Shown piece by piece: positions 61,401-64,000 of a stretch of DNA of 64,000 nucleotides (position 1 is the first letter of the stretch; each line of letters starts with the position of its first letter). The notes under the pieces are model-generated. The model was not told the origin of the DNA and searched no databases. It saw only the letters and a program-made list of their open reading frames with translations. Where the stretch lies: contig RDEW01000047.1 of NCBI GenBank assembly GCA_011109175.1, positions 364,240 to 428,239 on the forward strand. The letters are read 5' to 3'. A program made the position numbers and the translations under genes. The DNA is from Dicyema japonicum (taxonomy: Eukaryota > Animalia > Dicyemida).

Positions 61401-62480
61401 AGACTAGTCAACCTGGTATGTTTGGTAGCGTGTGGCATGAAGCCCTCCTATCAAGACTAGCAGCTGCTGATATACAAAAAAAACTTTTCATATGGATAAA
61501 GAACTTTCTAACAGGTCGGACTTCCGAGTACGTGTTGGAGCAAATATATCAAAAGATATCATACTGAAAAGGGGAGTTCCACAGGGTTCTGTCTTGAGCC
61601 CACTTCTGTTCAACGTGTTCATGTCAGACTTCCCAATTCCACCGGAAACGAACACCAAATTATTGATATACGCTGATGATATTCTGATTACGGATACGTA
61701 TGGGAAATCAACTCTATCGGAAAGAAGAATCAAGTCATTCATTGAACAAGTGCAGGACTGGTGCACCAAGAGAAGGGTGAAACTATCCACTGAGAAGTCC
61801 AGCTACTTGAGAGTCAGTCTCCTACGGAGACATCGTACTCAGCCCTACTCACTTAGTATTCCAAAAGGAAATTCACTCGCTACCTCGGGATAGTTATCGA
61901 TGGGGAAGGTTCCTTCATGGAGGACATCAGACGAAGAAGGAAGAAGCCGCTACAAGCGCTTTTCTGTACAAGCAAGTTATTCATAAGCTTGGAGACCTTC
62001 TTGTTTATCTTCATGATAATCATTCTGCCAGAGCTACTATATAAATGNCGAAAGTAAATTCACTCGCTACCTCAGGATAGCTATCGATGGGAAAGGTTCC
62101 TTTATGGAGGATATCAGACGAAGAAGGAAGAAGCCGCTAAAAGCGCTTTTCTTTACAAGCAAGTTGTTCGTAAGCTTGGAGACCTTTTTGTTTATCTTCA
62201 TGAGAATCATTCTACCAGAGTTACTATATAAATGCGAAGCATGGTTTTTCTCTCGCCAGAGATAGAATTATGTTACTTATGGAAAAAACAAAAAAGTCAG
62301 CAATAAAGTTGGCCTTGGGGAAAAAGTTATTTGATGTCTTCAGTACGGGAGAAGACAAGATTCTTGCACCGGTTACAGATCTTCTCATGGTGGATGCGAA
62401 TATCGTACACGTGGGAATAATGATTGACTCATGAGACATTGAATAAGGGAAACGTCGGATATAGGGACGTTCCTGGACGA
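58460..62480 (+). mobile_element. Two-ORF Jockey/I-group LINE, decayed: gag-like ORF1 and APE-RT ORF2
   Basis: Three knuckles CYNCQQVGHFAYQC / CFRCAGEHDTLRC / CVNCG; APE LKIVLVNSRSL, VVNETK, VGDLNAK, GSDHIP; RT ALGHD, SYRPISLICSISKIVER, GVPQGSVLSPLLF, IYADDI. Confidence 0.9.
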
Positions 62481-63156
62481 ATTTTTTTCAGCCAAAATTT
62501 TGATTAATTTGGAAAGGCNGAGTTCATCGATGCCACACAAGTCCACTTAAATCCAGAGGAAATGGAAGAATAAATACCTCTCCAAAGAATGTTATGTGAG
62601 AGAGGAAATGATTTTTATGACGTCATTCTAACGCTGAAAATCATCTGTGACAGGTGGGTCACGTGACACCATGCTAGTAGTGTGGGAAGAGAAAAAACAT
62701 AACAAGGTAAGAGAAACTTTCGACCAGGTAACAAGGAAGAATTGAGTCTTCATTTTTCTAGGCATGACATCCTAACTAGTTAAACAGATTTTTGGTAATC
62801 AGAAGCAAGAGTATGACGTTATTGGGTTATGAAAATTATAAAGACAAACTACCTAAACAGTTGTCCTGCATTTATGAAAATTTTAAATAATTTTTATATC
62901 AGAAAAGAGTGTCCTATAATTAGCATACTTTTTCGTGATGTTAGCTGTAGCTCGATGATAAGTACGTCAAGAGAGACATACCTGTAGTTAATTTGATGAT
63001 AGTTTCTTGGTAGGCGGACAGAATTTGTAGGGAAGGGCGGTTAATGGTAGTTGAAGAAAAATAAGTTATATTTTTATTTATTTATATTAAAATAACATTA
63101 TAATTTGAAAATAAATAAATTGATAATAAAAATTTTCGAGCACGTTTCACCGGTTA

Positions 63157-63504
63157 ATGGTATGGTGTACAAGTTTATTAATAGTCTATTGCTAAGAAGA
63201 TATTCCCTTTGCTTGACAGAGTAATTGTTCAGAAAGCCCCCAAAGAGGTTGCCTCCAATAGGGGGATACTGATCCCCAACAAATCACAAGAAAAGGTGCA
63301 GGAGGGGAAAGTGGTTGCCGTCGGTCCTGGTGCTCTAATGATGAGGTTTTCTAAACATGGTAGAATGGCGTGCGACAGGCAATGTTAGTCAAAGTGGGAG
63401 TCAACGTGGTGATCCCCGGATATGGGGGAACGAAGATTATGATTGACGATGATGAGTACTACTTCTACAAAGAGGGTGATTTGATGGAAAGATTTGGCGA
63501 GTAA
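63157..63504 (+). CDS. HSPE1: Mitochondrial co-chaperonin HSP10/cpn10; intron 1 at 63160-63184, intron 2 ends at 63363
   Basis: M|SIAKKIFPLLDRVIVQK..GILIP.KSQEKVQEGKVVAVGPG..|NG....VKVG..VVIPGYGGTKI..DD.EYYFYKEGDL; ATG-only first exon as in vertebrate HSPE1. Confidence 0.9.
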
Positions 63505-63845
63505 ACTTACTAACTGTCATTTTCTTGGATTTAATAAATTGGTCTATTACTTTCTTTTTTTGACACGTGTTACTCTTGTGATATTTGATTTCATTCTCTA
63601 GACTTTGTTTTATGAGTTTAAGTATTTACCCCCTACGTGTTCCATTAGTTCTTTAAGTTAGCCATTATTCCTAATTTTGTGGTACAAATTCTTCAATTGA
63701 AGTGGAAGGAGCTTGAAGTAACTTTGAGGAAGATTCTTCGTAAAAACTCGCAGGCATATAATGATTTATGATGAGCTGGTAAGGTTTTGCTTTTTAAATC
63801 TTTTTTTATTCTATAAGAATACCCGTGCAGATTTGTTTCTTACAG

Positions 63846-64000
63846 TCTACGGATGGCTCAGTATAAAAAGTTACCCACCAAAATCATGTCCCGGGTTCGA
63901 ATCTCACTGCTGTCCATTCGACTGAAGGTTCCACGCATCTATGATGTTTCTGGAATGACGAGTGATTTCATCATCAGTGTTTTATTACTGCGGAACAGGA
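63846..64000 (+). mobile_element. SINE family A 5' head (tRNA-derived), runs off the window
   Basis: A-box-like tggctcagt and B-box gggttcgaatctc followed by a body shared with four other loci. Confidence 0.7.

Noticed and set aside
62700-63060. HSP60 expected head-to-head with HSP10 as in vertebrates
   Set aside because: No chaperonin-60 motifs on the minus strand upstream; a LINE occupies the region beyond.
63846-63916. Genuine tRNA gene
   Set aside because: A/B boxes are present but D and anticodon arms do not fold, and it continues into a dispersed repeat body.

Overview
AT-rich eukaryotic (animal) genomic DNA from a draft assembly with N-gaps and many short tandem duplications around single-N joints. 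Nine recognisable housekeeping or signalling genes sit among decayed transposons: ADSL, HUS1, RNPS1, WDR5, VPS35L, WASP, TFIIA-alpha/beta, ATPAF2 and HSPE1. There is also a myristoylated SH2-kinase of the Src type with no SH3, and one orphan membrane-protein gene. Most genes are split by extremely short GT-AG introns (20-26 nt in the ones I counted), as known from highly reduced parasitic animals such as dicyemids. One intron appears to use a TG acceptor and one may be only 18 nt. Mobile DNA includes Ingi-like, RTE, Jockey/I-like and REL-endonuclease (R4-like) non-LTR retrotransposons, a pogo/Tigger transposon, a MITE, tRNA-derived SINEs and a minisatellite. The most striking candidate system is an Ingi-like LINE family with three cis-elements: a 5' nested double-pseudoknot with HDV-ribozyme-like topology, an N-terminal 2A/StopGo peptide and a covarying 3' stem-loop. 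A ~290-bp non-coding bipartite partner element keeps only the 5' pseudoknot and the 3' stem-loop, paralleling the trypanosome L1Tc/NARTc and ingi/RIME pairs. Exon structures were read by eye and TE boundaries are approximate.
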